A DNA stretch of 64,000 nt, taken from the NCBI GenBank assembly GCA_048886685.1, contig JBHLKM010000020.1, positions 11,301-75,300 on the forward strand, read 5' to 3'. Source of the stretch: Candidatus Hodarchaeota archaeon (GTDB lineage: Archaea > Asgardarchaeota > Lokiarchaeia > Sigyniarchaeales > SOKP01). The notes under the pieces are model-generated. The model worked only from the letters and a program-made list of their open reading frames with translations, ran no database searches and had not been told where the DNA came from. Position 1 is the first letter of the stretch. Every line of letters starts with the position of its first letter. Shown one piece after another: positions 60,080 through 64,000 of this stretch. The position numbers and the translations under genes were made by a program.

Positions 60080-60293
60080 AGGGGAAATAGATAGAATTTA
60101 CTTTTTCATAAAGTAAAGTTTGTGTTTATTTCTTTTTTTTTATTTACTATTTAATAGATTAAATATTTACTTTTCAAAGATTAAATATGAATAGTAATGA
60201 AAAACAAATACCACATAAAACATAGTTATATAATATTGGACTATTATCTTTTATTTAATTAAAGAAATTCATTATTCTGGATGAAAAACAACT

Positions 60294-61397
60294 GTGATTT
60301 TTAGTATAATTCTCATAATAGTATCTATTTGTATTTCTATTATTGGGATCATTTATGTTTATCTAAATAGGGAAAACTACGGAACCACTATAAACACAAT
60401 TTTTAATATTTTATTATATCTATTCTTAGGGATATTGTTTTTTTCTCTATACACTCTATCGACAGAGACAGATCTAGATGAGATGATGGCACTCCTACTC
60501 TGGAAATCATCCATAATTATTTGGGTCCTATCTATTAGTTTGTTAAGTATTATTCAAATTTTCATTATAAAGTTTAAGAAAATTACGAGTATACCCTCAA
60601 TAATTTATGCCTTTGTAGGTTGTGTTATTATCAGTTTAACAATTCTTTCAAATTCTATTGATATTATTCAAGCAAGTGATGATTATTATTATTATGAATT
60701 TAACAATCCGATATTATTAATAATTCTTTTAATTTATAATACTGCTATATTTTCTTTTATGTGGTTTAATTTAATTAACAATCTACCTAACTTCCGAGAA
60801 AAAAAATCCGGTCAAAATCTAGGCTTATTAACCTTTCATTTTTCTTTAATAATATTGTTATATACGCTACATCTTACTACTCGTATTATTGTTTTTCAAT
60901 ATATATATTACATCATTTATCTAATGGGAGCAATTTTTGCTTCCTATATTATATTCAAAAAACCAACTTTATTCATTGAACTCACAAATAAAATTTTTGA
61001 TTTCATTATATTCCATAAGAGTGGTATTCTCTTATATTCATATAATTTTGAAACAGGAAAGGAAACTGACGATTCCTTATTAAAAGGATCAATACTTATT
61101 GGCATTAATCACATTTTAGCAAACTTTATTGATAGAAAAGACCAGTTAAATCTTATTAAAATGAAGGACAGGGATCTAGTTTTTGAATTTGACAATATCC
61201 ATGATTATGCTATTCTTTTGACAATGAATCATAAAAATACCTTCATAGAAAAAGGAGTAAGAAATTTTATGCTGAAATTTTCAAATTTGAATGGAGAAAA
61301 ATTGAAAAATATGAAAGGATTAATAGATGTTTCAGAGTTTAGGAACGCTAAAGAATTAATTACAGAATTATTTGCTCCTTATGTGATAGAACAATAA
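60294..61397 (+). CDS. 7-TM membrane protein with C-terminal longin-like domain
   Basis: About 7 hydrophobic helices, then IIFHKSGILLYSY...ILIGINHIL...LIDVSEF. Confidence 0.78.
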   Translation: MIFSIILIIVSICISIIGIIYVYLNRENYGTTINTIFNILLYLFLGILFFSLYTLSTETDLDEMMALLLWKSSIIIWVLSISLLSIIQIFIIKFKKITSIPSIIYAFVGCVIISLTILSNSIDIIQASDDYYYYEFNNPILLIILLIYNTAIFSFMWFNLINNLPNFREKKSGQNLGLLTFHFSLIILLYTLHLTTRIIVFQYIYYIIYLMGAIFASYIIFKKPTLFIELTNKIFDFIIFHKSGILLYSYNFETGKETDDSLLKGSILIGINHILANFIDRKDQLNLIKMKDRDLVFEFDNIHDYAILLTMNHKNTFIEKGVRNFMLKFSNLNGEKLKNMKGLIDVSEFRNAKELITELFAPYVIEQ

Positions 61398-61588
61398 TAT
61401 TTAACAATATTTTTAAGAACTAATTTTAGATTTTTCTTTTTAGTTAAATATATATTTAACTAGAATGTATATTAAATAGGAAAAAATCTTAATTATATCC
61501 TAAGATCTATTATATTCATAAGAATATTAGTTTGAAATTTCAATTTAGAAAAAATAAATCGATTTATGTTCCCTTGTTAGATTAAATT

Positions 61589-62731
61589 ATGTATATTATT
61601 TTTTTTATTATATTAGGAATAGGATATTTTTTTATCTTTTGCGTGTCCGTTTTTACTCTAATTAATATAATACGTTATCATGAAAACTACGGAATAAAAT
61701 TTATGGCATTTTTGAATTTTTTAACAATATTTAATATAATAATAGTATACTCATCTCTTTATATAAGCTCGATTACCGTATTTTTTTCAGAGAATGTTAA
61801 CATTATTTTATGGAAACTTTCTATTATTTCTGGGATTGTCAGCCTACTATTTAATACAATAATTTATACTTTTTTAAGGCACTATAAAATTTTGCCTGAT
61901 TTTCCTTTTTTATATTTTATAGCGTTATTCGGATTATTAATTGGTGCTTTAATTCTTCCCAATTCTATACAGATGAGTATAAACGTCTCAGATTCTCCTC
62001 CTTTCTTTATATTAGATCCATCTCAGATAAATTATAATTATGATCTCATTACAGGATTATTGATTACAATTTTTCAATGTTCAAATGTAATATATTATTT
62101 CATTCTCTCCTTTATAATTCATAATAATGCTAGGAATAAAAAAACGACAAAAGATTTGATAAGAAATACGATATTTTTCCCAATTCCTGTTTTAATGTAC
62201 ATTTTTTATATCTTCTTTAAATTTCCAGTTTTTAGAGAATTACATATCATATCTCTATGGATTATAATTTTAGGTTTCTGTGTAATGCTTCTGAAAAAAC
62301 CTGAAATGTTCATGGAACTGACAAACAAGATACATTCTATTAATATATATCATAAATCGGGGATATTACTCTATTCTTATAAATTTAGTACATCTACAAA
62401 TGAATTAGATTCAGCAATTTGGGGTAATATTCTTATTGGTATTAATCACATTCTCTCCGAATTTGTAGATAAGCGAAACCAGATTGATGTCCTTCAAACG
62501 AAAAATACTGACATTATAGTAAACTACGACGATTTCGGATTTGCGGTAGTTCTAATTACTAATAGAAAAAATGCAATACTTCAGAACTTAATGGAGAAAT
62601 TTACTGTTGAGTTTAGAAATAAATATAGAGATGAATTACTTGAAATACAAGATCTCAACAGATTGATAAATGTCTCTGAGTTTAAAGAAACTGGTGAACT
62701 CATAGAAAAAGGATTTCGATTATACATATGA
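61589..62731 (+). CDS. 7-TM membrane protein with C-terminal longin-like domain (tandem paralog)
   Basis: Same layout: IYHKSGILLYSY, ILIGINHIL, LINVSEF. Confidence 0.78.
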   Translation: MYIIFFIILGIGYFFIFCVSVFTLINIIRYHENYGIKFMAFLNFLTIFNIIIVYSSLYISSITVFFSENVNIILWKLSIISGIVSLLFNTIIYTFLRHYKILPDFPFLYFIALFGLLIGALILPNSIQMSINVSDSPPFFILDPSQINYNYDLITGLLITIFQCSNVIYYFILSFIIHNNARNKKTTKDLIRNTIFFPIPVLMYIFYIFFKFPVFRELHIISLWIIILGFCVMLLKKPEMFMELTNKIHSINIYHKSGILLYSYKFSTSTNELDSAIWGNILIGINHILSEFVDKRNQIDVLQTKNTDIIVNYDDFGFAVVLITNRKNAILQNLMEKFTVEFRNKYRDELLEIQDLNRLINVSEFKETGELIEKGFRLYI

Positions 62732-62845
62732 TGTAAGTTAAATAATTTGATGTATAATTGGACTATAAAACACTTTAATAATTTATAAATTTAAAATTCT
62801 TAACAGATAAATTATATTTAATCATAAAAATTAAGTGTACTAAAA

Positions 62846-63418
62846 ATGGCGTTAAAGTTTTGCCCTAAATGTGGAAATGAATTAGAATCAGATGCGTCAT
62901 TTTGCGACGCCTGTGGTGCAGACTTAAGAGAAAAAAGAAAGGCTGTTGAAGCATCCCAACCTGTCATATCTGAACCGACTCAAAAACCTATAGTTAGCTC
63001 GGAGACTGTTATATACGCTGATTTTCTCCCTAGATTTTTCGCTGTAATTATTGATGGAATTATCATTGCAATTATTTCAGGTATAATTTTTCTACCTTTT
63101 GAATTTCATTTACTGCGAATGTTCTGGCAATCTTTTCTTACTAACTATGTAATTGCATTCTTATATTATTTTCTTTTAGAGGCATTTAATGATGGTCAGA
63201 CTTTAGGAAAAGCTGCCCTAAAATTAAGAACTGTAGATGAAAAGACTCTTAAACCCTCAACCACCGACAAATATGCTCTAAATAATCTACTCAAAGCAGG
63301 GAGTTTTCTTTTTTTGATAGACTTCATAATAGGAATTCTAATGAACTCTGGAGACCCTCAGAAGAGATTACGCCTAATGCAAAATGTATCTGAGACAGTT
63401 GTAATATCAACAAAATGA
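62846..63418 (+). CDS. Zinc-ribbon + RDD family membrane protein
   Basis: FCPKCG...FCDACG; RFFAVIID; GQTLGK; final RDD motif altered (RLMQNVSET). Confidence 0.88.
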   Translation: MALKFCPKCGNELESDASFCDACGADLREKRKAVEASQPVISEPTQKPIVSSETVIYADFLPRFFAVIIDGIIIAIISGIIFLPFEFHLLRMFWQSFLTNYVIAFLYYFLLEAFNDGQTLGKAALKLRTVDEKTLKPSTTDKYALNNLLKAGSFLFLIDFIIGILMNSGDPQKRLRLMQNVSETVVISTK

Positions 63419-63558
63419 TTCTTTAGAATTTGAATATCTGAAATAATTATATTATTCTTTTTATTCTTTATTTCATTAGAAAACTATGACTATCTAAACA
63501 TTTAAAAAGCTATGTTTTTTTGAGTACCCACAGGGAATATTTTATCTAAATATAATAT

Positions 63559-63786
63559 TTGGTTATTGAAATGGAATTAATAGAAGAATTGCAAGATTAT
63601 GAATGGGAAAATGATTGGAAGATCATTGTAGAAATTTTTGATACTATAGATAATTTAAAATCATTATTTAAACAACTAGACGTGTCTTACTTACGAGAAG
63701 TTCAACAAAAAATTATGATTTTAAATCTTAAGAAATATGCTTGGTCGTTACAAAATTATATAATTGAAAAATATTCGAAAGTTTAA
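63559..63786 (+). CDS. Small hypothetical protein
   Basis: 75-aa helical ORF, co-directional with its neighbours. Confidence 0.6.
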   Translation: MVIEMELIEELQDYEWENDWKIIVEIFDTIDNLKSLFKQLDVSYLREVQQKIMILNLKKYAWSLQNYIIEKYSKV

Positions 63787-63926
63787 GACAACTCCTGACT
63801 ATTGATAAACTAACAATAATCTAATTCCTCCTTTATGGATTCATCTTTACATTTTAGTCTACGTCTCTTATTTTAGAAATATATTTTAGGGAATCTTTCA
63901 AATATAATAAGAAAGATATAACTTTT

Positions 63927-64000
63927 ATGAGCAAAACTATGAGTGATTCAAAACTACAACAAGAAATGAAGATTGAAGGATATGATAAATTCCAGAAGTG
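63927..64000 (+). CDS. Partial ORF running off window end
   Basis: ATG 63927 (or 63939): MSKTMSDSKLQQEMKIEGYDKFQK..., open to the end. Confidence 0.45.
   Translation, partial: MSKTMSDSKLQQEMKIEGYDKFQK

Overview
AT-rich archaeal chromosomal segment. Gene content points to an Asgard archaeon, most likely Lokiarchaeia (inference from roadblock, longin/DENN-like and small-GTPase genes, an archaeal mevalonate pathway and a eukaryote-like SECIS). No rRNA, tRNA or CRISPR was seen. Main blocks: (1) surface-protein, roadblock and longin genes, 0-7.4 kb; (2) an amidohydrolase + GCS2-family ligase + hypothetical cluster; (3) a 12.5-kb isoprenoid supercluster with an almost complete archaeal (AcnX/UbiD-type) mevalonate pathway; (4) a GH38 alpha-mannosidase next to a free-standing LAGLIDADG endonuclease; (5) two tandem ~2,670-aa DUF2341/LamG lectin-like single-pass proteins with cytoplasmic longin/DENN-like domains, flanked by roadblock-GTPase fusion genes; (6) hisB, a GH4 glycosidase, orphan DNA methyltransferases and tandem 7TM-longin genes. 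Signals the ORF track misses: a 30-nt bulge-helix-bulge intron candidate in the mannosidase mRNA (29875-29904) whose removal restores HWDREWY; an unannotated selenoprotein candidate (in-frame UGA at 54617-54619 plus a eukaryote-like SECIS at 53658-53736); and two probable AUU start codons. All domain calls come from motif recognition by eye, not database searches.
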